From contig OZ024745.1 of NCBI GenBank assembly GCA_964016885.1, positions 58,218,001 through 58,282,000 on the forward strand: a DNA stretch of 64,000 bases, written 5' to 3'. Below are positions 15,512 through 29,634 of this stretch, one piece after another. The position numbers and the translations under genes are program-made. Position 1 is the stretch's first letter; the number at the start of each line of letters is the position of its first letter. A model generated the notes under the pieces. It was not told the origin of the DNA. It did no database searches and saw nothing but the letters and a program-made list of their open reading frames with translations. This DNA is from Eledone cirrhosa. Lineage: Eukaryota.

Positions 15512-17089
15512 CTATGGATGACATTAATATTATCACGCATGCTAGACAAACACTACTGGAATTTCAGAAGGAATACTGGACCAGAAATACATATAGTAAT
15601 CTATTCGACATTACTATGGGCTCTAGTGATTCTGCCCAAATTACCGATCTTGTGGGCCTCTTTCTTCTATTTAACATAAATGCTTCTTTTCCCCACCTTA
15701 AAGGTGGTTTATATCGTGACGACTGTCTTCTTCTTTCCACTAACCTTAGCCTATCAGAAATTGAAAAAAATAAAAAACTTATTAGAACTTTCCTCAAAGA
15801 CTATTATAGTCTCAATATTACATTTGAAAACGCAAGTAAAGTAGTTAATTTCCCTGATATAACATTAGACTTATCTACGGGTATCTACCAACCTTACCAT
15901 AAACCTAACCAAAACTTACATTACATACACTCACAATCTAATTTTTTGAAATAATGAAATCTAAGGATATCCTATTAAATAAGCGACATGAATTAATTAT
16001 ATCATGTAATCATAAAATTAGAAGAACTTTTAAATATTATAAACTTAATTAATATACACTTTACAAATTATTATAATAATTTTTTTTTTTTTTTAAATTA
16101 GTAACCTATAATTAATATTCTACTACTAATGAACTGCATAATTTTATTTCCCTTTTACAGTTATCTTTTCCTAAAATTTATATCAATAAGTATACATATA
16201 AACTATTTTAATTTCAGGTTATGAATCTAGATTCCTTGTAATCTATATAAATTTGTTATTTCTAATACATTTATTTCCCCCCCTATTTTTTTCCCTTCGT
16301 TTTTAACAACATTCTTCAATTACATCTAACTCTTATTTATCATATCTATATGAATTAATATAAATTTAGCAATATAAATTTACCTATCAATTAAATTAAT
16401 TTATTTTGTTTTTATAGATGTAAATTCCTTATGTTTTAAATAAGATTGATGTTTTTCACTAACACATTTATCGTAAAATTATATTCTCCTTAGATTTAAC
16501 ATTAACATTATTCTTTTATAACATCAAATTTTCGTGTACCTTTCACCGGCTTGACCTATTTTCATGCCCAAAGTAATCTTTTCATTCAAAATACTCTTTC
16601 CATTCAAAACTGAAGTCTGCATTCCTCTACCCCTAAATTAAATTTCTATTACTATTATTTTATCATCTTGACCACTTACTACCTTTCTATTGGTCAATTC
16701 AAAACCTGTTCCCAAACAGACCTATTATATTAAATCTTTGTTGTTGTTTTTTTCAATAAACAAATATCATTATTTCTGAAGACAGCATATATATGTGTAG
16801 GTATGTATATTCCCTCTGATAGTTTGTAAAACTTTTACATAGATCTATATGATATACATACCAACACACACATATATATCCTAGAAACGATCGTAAAATG
16901 ATGAATTTTTTTAATATAAGGAACTGTTTCTTTGTTTTTATTCATTATTTTTATTAATTTAACTTGACTCTGTTTTCCTGTGTTTTTCATCGAAAAAATG
17001 TTGAATACATTTTCTGTTTTCATGATATTTCGATTACATTGAGTTCTTCATACGGATTGGACACTACCGTATATTTTGGTAGATTTATC

Positions 17090-17092
<3 letters not shown>
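15512..17092 (+). mobile_element. Inverted second arm of the same Naiad-like PLE, with an internal deletion of ~1.1 kb and the full 3' tail
   Basis: ORF 15514-15954 (GLYRDD) mirrors 15015-15500. At ~15942 it jumps to the endonuclease C-terminus. 15943-16960 is the reverse complement of 12898-~13933, then ~130 extra nt precede (TA)n. Confidence 0.9.
16767..16904 (+). ncRNA. Type-I hammerhead ribozyme with ~100-nt stem II in the Naiad pLTR
   Basis: tcattattt-CTGAAGA-[cagc atatatatgtgt..ggtatgtatat...atatacatacc..acacatatatat ccta]-GAAA-cgatcg-TA-aaatgatga. Stem I 9 bp, palindromic stem III. Confidence 0.75.
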
Positions 17093-17122
<30 letters not shown>

Positions 17123-17124
<2 letters not shown>

Positions 17125-17311
17125 CGAAGGAATTGTGGTAAGGAACCAGATGGACCATAACGCACCAAAGTACTCAATACTTAGGGTAGTAGAGTGGGTA
17201 ATAGGAACAAGTATGACCACGACGGCAGAGCTCAAGCCGTATCGACGGCTATTTCTGGACTGAAATAGCCGTCGAAACGGCTTGAGCTCTGCCGTCGGGG
17301 TCATACTTGTT

Positions 17312-17315
<4 letters not shown>
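17123..17315. mobile_element. Short fold-back element, family B, in (TA)n
   Basis: ~55-bp inverted arms 17200-17315 plus the inverted 3' tail 17123-17200. Contains HHR 3' half GAAA-cggc..gccGTC-ggggtc. Homologous to 20710, 31726 and 35625. Confidence 0.85.
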
Positions 17316-17345
<30 letters not shown>

Positions 17346-17702
17346 ACTTTTCAAAGTAAAATCACCATAATGTTGTAATTAATTATATAATTACATAATA
17401 TATTACTAAGTTTAACTACAATACGCATTTTCCTATCATATTAAAACATTACCAACTAGATAATCGACTAATAAGGTGAGGCCGATTGATAGGTAGTCGA
17501 TAATGTTGCAATTTGCTAATCAGTGCATACTTACAAAATTATATATACCTAATCACTCAATTTTCTAGAAACCAATGACTATATACTCCTAAAATAGGCA
17601 CTAAATCCTTTGTTTATAGTATTGCCTAATTTGGGCTACTCTGGGGCTAAACACCTACAACAACACAGAAGAATACCCCATCTTCATCCGATTCCTAAAC
17701 AA

Positions 17703-17925
17703 GAATAATTGTTTCTACTTTTGGCACAAGGCCAGTAATTACCCCCAGTGCACTACTGGTGCTTTATTTTATCGACCCCGTAAGGATGAAAGGCAACATT
17801 AACGAGAATAATTGTTTCTACTGTTGGCAAAAGGCCAGCAATTACCCAGTGCATTACTGGTACTTTATTTTATCGACCCCATAAGGATGAAAGGCAAAGT
17901 TAACCTCGGCGGGATTTGAACATTA
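17703..17925 (-). mobile_element. Two partial tandem SINE family A 3' halves
   Basis: Repeated aattgtttctact..ggccag..tttatcgacccc..aaggatgaaaggc blocks. Confidence 0.8.
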
Positions 17926-18560
17926 ACGAGAATAATAATATACATATACATAGGAATGACAAAATACTTGGCGGTATTTGAGATTCAAAATCCCACCTTG
18001 GTACACTATACACATCGTTCTTACGTTCTTACAGTTGATAATCGACTGTATCCCTACCCCCATAAAAATCTAAGACATGCGTGAGCTTGCGCTTGTGTTT
18101 ATATGTATATGCGGTCTGATGTTTCGTTGGAAATCAATACGATTTAGCCATATAATTTATTCATATTATGATAAATATATTTATTCATAGTTTGTCATTT
18201 TTTTCATATTGAGGTTAATAATAAATTATATTAGGGTTAATACTCCTCTATACATTGAATCAATATATCTTGCAATATTAGAAAATAGCGTGAGAGAAAA
18301 TAGTTGTGCACATGAATTCCAAACTACACACATGGTAGTCGTGGAAAGCTAATAGTTATGGAAATAATTGGCAAACATGGATATGTGGTAAAGATGTTCA
18401 CTTTGCAACTATGGGAGTTAGGGTTCTCTCCCACTGTCTGGAATGCTGGGCATGTGACTAATATTATGCAATTTGGCAGTTCGACGTAAACATATATATA
18501 TATATATATATATATATACGATATATTAACAAATGGAAACTATATTTATAAAACCATATT

Positions 18561-18627
18561 TATTTCATTATACATATTTCAAGGACACCAAGTCAAACTA
18601 TGGTGCGCTCTTTCATCAGATAAAATA
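18561..18627 (-). ncRNA. Type-I hammerhead ribozyme (family H) in an element at ~18520-18790
   Basis: tattttat-CTGATGA-aag agc gcacca tagtttgact tggtgt c ctt-GAAA-tatgta-TA-atgaaata. 8-bp stem I, canonical core. Confidence 0.7.
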
Positions 18628-18933
18628 TAATATAGATCAGTTTTATAAATAAATATTGACATACCCTTAAAGAATGCGACCATTTCTGTTGGAAGCTCCC
18701 GGATAGTGGGGTTACTAAATTTATTTAGTCTATTATGCAAATTAGTGTCGGATAGGTTTAAATCACAGTAGATTTAAAATAGGCCGTTGGAGTATGGAAA
18801 AAAGAAAAAAGGAAAAGAGAAAGAAAAAGAGAAAAAGAACAAACTCTAAGAAGGAAAACAATATATATATATATATGTGTGTGTGTGTTTGTATGTGTGT
18901 GTGTGTGTATGTGTGTATGTTTGTATGTGTGTC

Positions 18934-19000
<67 letters not shown>

Positions 19001-19056
19001 ATGTGTGTGAGGACATGTATATATGCTGGTTTATGTTCCGCAAATTAGCAGAACGA

Positions 19057-19445
19057 TAATAATTGTTTCTACTTTTGGCACAAGGCCAACAATTAATCAG
19101 TGTATTACTGGTACTTTATTTTATCGACCCCGTAAGGAGGAAAGGAAAAGTTAACCTCGGCGGAATTTGAACTCAGACCGTAAAGGGCCGTAACTCTACA
19201 CTGCATAGCATGGCGTCCGTCTCTCTACCGATACTGCCAATCCACCGCAGTGCGATAATAATTGTTTCTACTTTTGGCACAAGGGCAGCAATTATCCCAG
19301 TGTATTACTAGCACTTTATTTTATCGACCCCATAAGGATGAAAGGCAAAGTTAACCTCGGCGGGATTTGAACTCAGAATGGCAAAGGCCGTAACTCTATG
19401 CGTCAAAGCATGACGTCCGACCCTCTACCAATACTGCCAATCCAC
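19057..19445 (-). mobile_element. Two tandem full-length SINE family A copies
   Basis: Two consecutive ~190-bp matches to 8404-8593. Confidence 0.9.
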
Positions 19446-20263
19446 TATAATAATTATGAATACATACTGGAGTCAAATTAAACGATCAAATCCCTCTAAA
19501 ATAGAGAGAAGGCATGTCCATAGTCTAATAACTGAAACCAGGAAAATAATTTTTAAAAAGAGTAAAATAAATTATGCATATTTCTGCGTTGATATTATTT
19601 AACACAAGAGACAGCTCTAATCAAGCTAATATCTGCCCAGGAGACTTTTAGCCGTAAACACTATATCTGAAATTTAATCATAAAATATCCCCTTCCCTTA
19701 AGACTGTTTCACGGAGATATGGGTATTTTTGCTAGCAGGTTCAAGCAATCATGTAGTGAATCAGTTATTAGCTCTTTGTATTGATTTTTAGCAATATATT
19801 TGCCTTGATCAAGCAAATCTGTTATCTAATTCGTTATCTTCCTGTCTTTCGTTGAATGACTAGGAGTGACACTTATCTGATACTCTGCAGATATATATGT
19901 TTAGAAAATCAGGAAAAATACCCCTAGAGCCGGGAAAAGTGGCCAGCAGCCGTTACAGAGAATGGAACTCTAAAATTGTGTTTTAGACAATTTTCCTGCA
20001 TTCAAGATTTCTAAACAGTTCCACTCACCCCACATTTCAATGTTTCTTTAGAAAATGTTGTCACATTGAAAAGCTTATAGGTAGTGTTACTTAAGACGGG
20101 AACTGTTCTCAGTGATCGTTTAGGTCAATGGTATAAAGCACTCATCCTGAAGGTGAGAGGTGCAGGGTTTGATTCTGTATAGGAATAATTTACCTGATTT
20201 TCTAAAGCGGTGTTCATGGCTATTTTCCTTGGTTCGAGATTTTCTACGTTTCTCACTCTCTCT

Positions 20264-20345
<82 letters not shown>

Positions 20346-20361
20346 TAAAATAACAGATTAA

Positions 20362-20412
20362 AGTTTAAGCAAAGAATCGCTGCTTTCACCCTTAACGGGA
20401 TCTTCTGAAACT
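20362..20412 (-). ncRNA. Hammerhead-like motif with CAGAAGA (U4A) core, family D
   Basis: agttt-CAGAAGA-t ccc gttaa ggg t-GAAA-gca gcgattctt tgc-TT-aaact. Identical to 34524-34574. Confidence 0.65.
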
Positions 20413-20429
20413 AACAAAGTTATTATTAT

Positions 20430-20478
<49 letters not shown>

Positions 20479-20679
20479 AAAGGTAAACAGAAATAAAAAC
20501 ACAATCGGTACACTATATGGAAAGGATATATTAGGTTAACGCTTGATATAGCAGGAAGAGGGTCTCAACGTTTCGGAATGCACGCGGGTGTGTGTGTGTG
20601 TCTGTGTCCTTGCAGGAATACATATAAAAATGAGAAACCGCGTCGTTAGAACAGCCGTTAAAACAGCTAAATAGTGTTT

Positions 20680-20709
<30 letters not shown>

Positions 20710-20713
<4 letters not shown>

Positions 20714-20899
20714 AGTAAGTAAGACCCCGACGGCTGAGCTCAAGCCGTTTCGACGGCTAATTCTGACAGAATTAGCCGTCGAAACGGCTTGAGCTCAGCC
20801 GTCGGGGTCTTACTTACTCCTATTACCCACTCTACTACCCTAAGTATTGAGTACTTTGGTGCGTTATGGTCCACCTGGTTCCTTACCACTTTTCCCTCG

Positions 20900-20902
<3 letters not shown>
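20710..20902. mobile_element. Short fold-back element, family B
   Basis: Inverted arms 20710-20822 centred near 20766, followed by the full 3' tail. (TA)n on both sides. Confidence 0.85.
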
Positions 20903-22489
<1,587 letters not shown>

Positions 22490-23167
22490 GGTTTGTTCAG
22501 TTCTTTGAGGACATTTGCATGAATTAAGTAAAAGAAGTCATAATGAAAGAAGAGATTTATATGAAATGAAATTAGCATGAATAATCTTGAGACCCTTCTT
22601 GACGCATTTTTACATACTTCATTATTAGTATCGATTAGTACTTCAACAGGGTGTCACACACGTTGACATGTTCTAATCAGATGATCTTTATCTATTTTGA
22701 ACATTGTGTTCGTATGTGTTGAATAGGGACGTTGATTGACTTCCCTCTTGACTACGAGTCCAATAGATATGGTTTAGTTATGTTACTACTATTGATGATT
22801 GTTTTAATTTAACATGTCAATAGATAAATGCAGGCATCACAGCTGGTTAAGAACAAAGTGAGAAATATAGCATTGCTTAATGAGAGCCTATAAAGGCTTT
22901 CCTCTCTGCTTTAATTAATGGATAGTAAATAATAGTGACATAAAGTTATTGGATTTTACGATTTGAAGTAGTCTGTGTGTAACTGATACAGATAAAAAAA
23001 ACTCATCAAACTAATACATTTGGATATTGTAATCCCGTGGCCCTTTAATACTTACTTTTGTTATAATATTAATAGCTGGAATATTGTTAAACAGAAATTG
23101 CTAAAATTAATTATTAGTCACATAATTGAGTGGAGGAATTCACAGTTTTAATTGAGGTAGTTTTAAG

Positions 23168-23385
23168 GGTTTCTGATTTAGGCACAAGGCCAACAATTTG
23201 AGGGAAGGATAAATTCGATTAAATCAACCACAGTGCGTTGCTAGTACTTTATTTTTATCGACCCCGTAAGGATGAAAGGCAAAACTAACCTCGGCGGGAT
23301 TTGAACTCAGAACGTAAAGAGCAGTAACTCTATGTCACGAAGTATGGTGTCCGACGTTCTACCTGACACTGCCAATCCATCGCCT
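23168..23385 (-). mobile_element. SINE family A, longer subfamily
   Basis: Same boxes, with an extra gggaagg..ttcgattaaatc insert also seen at 58835 and 61186. Confidence 0.85.
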
Positions 23386-25114
23386 TAATTCCGGTAGTAA
23401 TAATACTAATAATTGGCGACTATTGTTAATTAAAATTGAATATTAGTAAATAAAAATAAATAGCGATAAAACAATGTAATGTTTACAAATCTAAAATATT
23501 AAATACCAAATGTAATATTTCTAAAGATACACAAGACCTTTAAATTTGAAAAACAAATTAGATATAGCACTCAGATTATTTCACAAATGTTTCCATAACA
23601 ATGAAAACAGCCTGGGTACTTGTTTACTGATAATAAAAATCAAAATAATAATTATACTATCAGGATTAGTGCGCACTTAAAATAACTTATTAATGAATGG
23701 TTTAATACCGATAATGGAGTGGGAAACTATAACGATAGAAACTACATTATCAGTATGACAATATTTTGCATCTGGCTATCCATAGAATCTACATGGTAGT
23801 AAAGAATAATACAAATAAAATGAAATGAAATTGAAGTATAGTTAAATCAAGGATAAAAATATAACGGTTCAGATTTCAGCTTAGTACATGCACAATTCTA
23901 ATATACATGGAATAATATATACCTCATATTTCTGGATAAAATAGTTTATCGGCCGTTCAGGGTGTGATATTCACGTTTTTTATAACACTTATGAAATTAG
24001 CAAAGTTGGTATTCCCCAAAAGATAGTTGAATTTCTTTGTCATTGCCATTGTAAATTTTTATAAACCTTTCATGTTTCTATTAAAACAGTTAATGACATT
24101 GCTACTATTCAGTCATTCAACATTATATAATAACAATTCTAATCAAGCATAGATTTCACCACATTGGGTACGGTTTTGTTGAATTAATCATTTCTGGAGG
24201 TCTTGCTGTACCTATAGTTCCAAAGAATATTTTCTGGATAATTCGTAGGTTACATTTGAAAGCTGGAACCAAGTAACATTCCTCTATTTCTTTCTCTTTT
24301 TATGTGGCCCATCTTTTATATTATTGATTCTCCAAGGGACTTTTATATTGATTATTATTTTTATATAATTGTCCCGTATGGTTCTGTGGTTTCTTAGACT
24401 TAACTTAATAATTTAACTTGGACGTCGTTCCATCTAGACACGATGATTTACATTGCATCTGTTAGTACTTTTATTCCTATAGTGTAAGGATTCCTTCTTT
24501 TTCCAATCAATAAACTGCTATTGGACACTAGATTATTTGCCCTTGTTGTAATTCACATGGGTGCTACTTATTCTATCACTTGTCAGTGACTCAGAATCTC
24601 TTTATACACCAGGGAAAATATAAATGTCCTAATCGGCACGTAACAATTAATTACATTACTATAGTTAAGCAAGTGTTACGAAAGATCGTTGTGTAATTGA
24701 CTGAGTGCGGAAGCTATTCTAGAATACAATAAGCAAACAATTGTAGTGAATACGCATATATTGTTATGATTAATACTCGACCAGCATAAATAAAAGTTGA
24801 GAAAGTAGCAACGGTGACAGAAGGAGCAGAAAGAGGCACCTACACAATTTTCTCAAATATATATGAAGTATATTTGTATTAATTATTATTATAGTCAATT
24901 TCGTTGGGAAGATTACATTTTAAATTTCAAATCAGCCCAACCAACGTTTCTTATTTCAATCAGATATTCGCACATGTATCCAGATGCTTAAAATCTTCTA
25001 AACATTGGCACAATCACCAGGGACCACTTAGTGTAATAGTTAACGAGTTTGGCTGGCATCCGAACGCTTCATCACTGGCGCCTCAGTCTACGGTTTCCGT
25101 CTCCCTATAATGAT

Positions 25115-25457
25115 GCATACATACATACATACATACATACATACATACATACATACATACATACATACATACATACATACATACATACATTCATACATAT
25201 ATGCATGCATACATACATACATATTTGTACACATACATACATACATACATACATACATACATACATACATTCATACATATATGCATGCATACATACATAC
25301 ATATTTGTACACATACATACATACATACATACATACATACATACATACGTGCATACACACATTCATACATTCATACACATATGCATGCATACATTCATAC
25401 ATATTTTTACACATACATACATACATACATACATACATACATACATACATACATACA

Positions 25458-25488
<31 letters not shown>

Positions 25489-25490
25489 TT
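25115..25490. repeat. (CATA)n microsatellite with ~80-100-bp higher-order repeat
   Basis: The interruption block tcatacatatatgcatgcatacatacatacatatttgtacac recurs at ~25191, 25271 and 25371. Confidence 0.9.
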
Positions 25491-27166
25491 GAACATATAC
25501 ATATATATTGAGCATATCAGTGAGAATGTGTTTCTGAGTGAGGTCATATCTGCTGTAGATGATTTGCTTATGACCCAACACTTGATACGTAAGTCTACGT
25601 ATACTAGTGTCCCAAAATAGGGTAAATAAAAACCAGATGTACTGGCTTTAAATCCACTACGAAATCTGTCTTATTCCTTAAACAATGAGTAAGACGAAGC
25701 GAAGTATAAATCTCGTTTCTCAGTAGTTCAAGGGACATTTATCTCCTTAAGATATGCATTCGTTAATGTACGTCTGATTGTTGGAACACGTGAGTATGCC
25801 TGTATGAATATATGTATGTTTTCTATTTATGATTGTAATTTTAAAGATTTTTATGTTACATCTTGTTTATATCAAAGATACCAGAAGAGAAAATATAAGT
25901 CTTCTGTTTTTCGTCCCGCCTTCTGTAGCCATCCACCCTTTAGATTTTAAGACCTTCATTCCCTAATATCGTGATCATACAGACCTTCTTTCTTTATAGA
26001 AGAATCCCTATACACACATTTATGTATGTATGCATCCGACGATATTGATCTGTTCTCCATTTCGGGTACTGTTTTCGATGCTCAAAGAGTGGGATTAGTT
26101 GAATGCAAGGCCTTTCTCCACTTAAAAAACATTCAAAGCACAGCTATTGTTTGTTCAGGATATGTTACAGGTTTGTGTGACTGGCTGTAGCTCAAAGTGC
26201 ACCAAACTCTATAATCTTCCAAGCAATTGCAGTACTCTTAGCAGAGTTTGCAGCCATCATGTAATATAAACTTCATATTGAGTATTGAGAAAAGGATAAT
26301 TTTGAACTAAATGCTTTTCACTGGTCATGATGACAAGATGGAAGGCTGCCTAAACAGATATTTTATGAAGAGCTCACCTGAGAGAAAATGCAACAACATA
26401 AAGCAAGAAAGCCGTTTAGAGATGTCATAATGATGTCATAGAGATGTCATGACTCAAGTGTAGTACTCGAATTGAAATACATTTTGTGTGGAAGATTTCA
26501 TTTATTAAGATCTGGATAACTCAACTACCTAAAGACACATGAGCAAGAGAATAGATCAAGCAGATTGTGAGATGGTTCTACCGGCACGTTTCAGCGGTAC
26601 ATATGTACTGCATTTGGCTTAATTTGAAAGTCAGCATGGCAAAATACTTGAAGATGTATCGCAGCCAGTGATACCAGAAGTCAAACATTTCAGTTTCACA
26701 TCTATGAACGTAGTCGCAGAACCGAAGCTTAGTTGAAAAACCACCTGCATGCACATGGTCTAGTAATGTTGAATAAAGAGACGGCACTCGTCTGACAAGG
26801 AGTAGCCATCAACATGTGTGTATGTATGTATGTATGTATGTATGTATGTATGTATGTATGTATGTATGTATGTATGTATGTATGTATGTATGCATATCAC
26901 TCTTGAGTGCTACCGGTAACATGTAACCCAGTACAACCTGTCTCATGGTCGGGTCGTCGGCGACTAAACCGACAACCCCACCAAGATTATTTGGTGAGGA
27001 GGGTGGTTTTGGACACCCTGCAGGACAAAAAACAAAACCTGACAAAAGGGGGAAGAACTCATAAGAGTCAACGACCATCCCAAAATGTGTAAATATATGT
27101 ATACATATATACATGTATATATATATATATATATGTGTGTGTATATATGTCTATACTTGTATGCAA

Positions 27167-27235
<69 letters not shown>

Positions 27236-27525
27236 CAAATAACGAAACGAAATTAAATTTCGTTTCGTTTGTAACTCACTTTTGTATGACTGACGCTTAA
27301 ACAATTAAGTTAAAGATGTACATCCATATATGTATACTGAAATACTAGTATGTATATGAATACACACACGTATACATATGTAGATGTACCAAGTTTTTTT
27401 CACTGGTCACTTTACTGTGAGTGGCCAGCTATTCTGTATGTAAACACACAGACAAACCGGTTTTTAGAGTCATACTGGTTTTTGAGGAAACACCTTTCCT
27501 CTATTCTCCAGAAAGCCAGACAAGG

Positions 27526-27570
27526 AATATTGAACTAGTTTCGTTGTTGTTACAACTCATCAGCAATATT
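27526..27570 (-). ncRNA. Mirror hammerhead, family C
   Basis: Exact reverse complement of 27690-27734. Confidence 0.85.
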
Positions 27571-27689
27571 TACCTATCTTCCGGCCTCTCTAGAGAATCG
27601 TAAAAGCACATATCGTTATATGCTTTTACGTTAAAAGCATATAACGATATGTGCTTTTACGATTCTCTAGAGAGGCCGGAAGATAGGTA

Positions 27690-27734
27690 AATATTGCTGA
27701 TGAGTTGTAACAACAACGAAACTAGTTCAATATT
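27690..27734 (+). ncRNA. Minimal type-I hammerhead ribozyme, family C
   Basis: aatattg-CTGATGA-gttg taacaa caac-GAAA-ctag-TT-caatatt. 7-bp stem I, palindromic ACTAGT stem III. Confidence 0.85.
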
Positions 27735-27951
27735 CCTTGTCTGGCTTTCTGGAGAATAGAGGAAAGGTGTTTCCTCAAAAACCAGTATGACTCTAAAAAC
27801 CGGTTTGTCTGTGTGTTTACATACAGAATAGCTGGCCACTCACAGTAAAGTGACCAGTGAAAAAAACTTGGTACATCTACATATGTATACGTGTGTGTAT
27901 TCATATACATACTAGTATTTCAGTATACATATATGGATGTACATCTTTAAC

Positions 27952-28003
<52 letters not shown>

Positions 28004-28008
<5 letters not shown>

Positions 28009-28290
28009 GGGACATTGACATAATCGGGCTGGATACCCGATCCCGCGGTTAAACCACTGGAAGTGAAGGACCCCTAGCCTTTGTCAGGGCATTCTTCTAT
28101 GAGAAGGCAACTCAGGAATCTGGGATAACACCGATATAAAACCTGCAGCTCAGTAGTTACTGATGATGTTGATCTTTTCTTCTTTTCGGGTTATAGCTAC
28201 TGTCGCTCAGAGAGTGGGATTGGATCAGTGCTCAGTCTTTCCTCACTTTATAAAGAATCTTCACGCGCAGGCATTGCAGAGTAGCATTAA
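28004..28290 (+). mobile_element. SINE or RTE 5'-UTR-like fragment
   Basis: gggcattcttctatgagaaggcaactc..aaaacctgc resembles the RTE 5'-UTR motif as I recall it. A degenerate relative lies at ~25980-26145. Confidence 0.45.
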
Positions 28291-29271
28291 CTAATAATTA
28301 TTAATAATGTTATAACGTGCAATGGCCATACTCGATAACGAGGGTGCAGATATCCTCATGTATGCATGTATGTAAGTAAGTGTGCATGTATGTTTATTAT
28401 GTATGTATGTATATACATACATACACATCGATATTAAAGGCCTGGGTGTTCTAATTATCTAGAACTACATAATCCTACATTTCTTGTTTTCTATACTGAT
28501 ATGTCAGAAAGTTGGTTGCTATTTCTATTTCCCATAGACTTGCAAAGGATTGCTTTTCACTCATCTAGATATACGTTTTGTTTATTTATTTTTTGTTCTG
28601 TTTAATAAGTCATTTCAGATAATTAAGCAGTCACTCAATTTCCAAAATTAATTTGAAGCTCGAAAATTGAAAATTCTAAAATCATTTCTAAATTTAAAAA
28701 TTAAATTGTTAAAATCAATTTAATTTTAGAAAATAGAGAAATGATAATATTTTTCTTCCTTCTTTAAATCTTAGATTAATTCTCAACGATTATATCGTCT
28801 ATGTGTGCGCACGTATATGCGTGTGTGCGTCTGTATGTGTGGTTGCGTACATGATGTATTTGTCTGAATGTGTTTTCATAAAGACACCGAATGAAAGCAT
28901 GTTTGCCTGAATAGTTAAGATGCACTTTGCAAACACTTTGCAAACAGGATAGGCGAAGTTCATTCCTCTGTTTATTTGTTTGAGAAGTCGCTTTTGCCAC
29001 AGCTTCGTATCGAGTTAAAACTTCAGAACAAAGCAAGAAAGACGAGTTCTCTGCGGTTAGTGTTCGGATGGATGGAAGGATAGATGGATGGTGCATGTAA
29101 TTGGAGCTCCTAACACTGTCATACACATAGTATCATGCTGATACATTCCGGAAATGATATAAAGTGTACAAGTGGCTGTAGAATGTTGAACCACTTATGC
29201 ATAGATAATGAATAGACAATTCCGTTGATTGAACAATTGGATGCCTCATCAAATCAGATGCGAAATCGATC

Positions 29272-29554
29272 ATGTGTGTGTTTGTGTGTGTTAAATTGTG
29301 TTTGTATGTGTTAAATGTGTTCGTGTGTGTTAAATTGTGTTTGTGTGTGTTAAATTGTGTTTGTATGTGTTAAATTGTGTTTGTGTATGTTAAATTGTGT
29401 TTGTGTGTGCTAAATTGTGTTTGTGTGTGTTAAATTGTGTTTGTGTGTGTTAAATTGTGTTTGTGTGTGTTAAATTGTATTTATGTGTGTTAAATTGTGT
29501 TTGTGTGTGCTAAATTGTGTTTGTGTGTGTTAAATTGTGTTTGTGTGTTAAATT
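29272..29554. repeat. 20-bp minisatellite (gtgtgttaaattgtgtttgt), ~14 copies
   Basis: Direct tandem repetition. Confidence 0.95.
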
Positions 29555-29634
29555 GACGATAAGGTTGGAATATGAAAGACAATAGCAGTTATTGTGATGT
29601 CACTCAGCAAGTAGAAATGTATATATATATATAT

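Larger units (their letters stand above)
27229..27958. mobile_element. Family C element as a head-to-head palindrome (~326-bp arms, 3-nt loop) in (TA)n
   Basis: 27303-27628 is the reverse complement of 27632-27957, and the ORF track gives identical peptides on both strands. The left arm extends ~73 nt further. Third copy at 63511-64000. Confidence 0.92.

Noticed and set aside
24957-25078. C/D-box snoRNA-like pattern on the minus strand (GTGATGA...CTGA)
   Set aside because: Weak terminal stem and no recognisable rRNA antisense element. Probably chance or a decayed LINE.
26900-26985. Possible HDV-like ribozyme in an RTE 5'-UTR-like GC-rich insert
   Set aside because: I could assign a P3/L3-like hairpin but not a consistent P1/P2 double pseudoknot by eye. 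It needs an RNArobo or Infernal search.
27350-27910. Identical ORFs (MASYSVCK.., MYMNTHTY..) on both strands and at 63691
   Set aside because: They result from the palindrome and the repeat copy. They are short, antisense to the HHR and have no recognisable domain.
29272-29554. CRISPR-like regular array
   Set aside because: Contiguous 20-bp units with no unique spacers, in a eukaryotic context with no cas genes.
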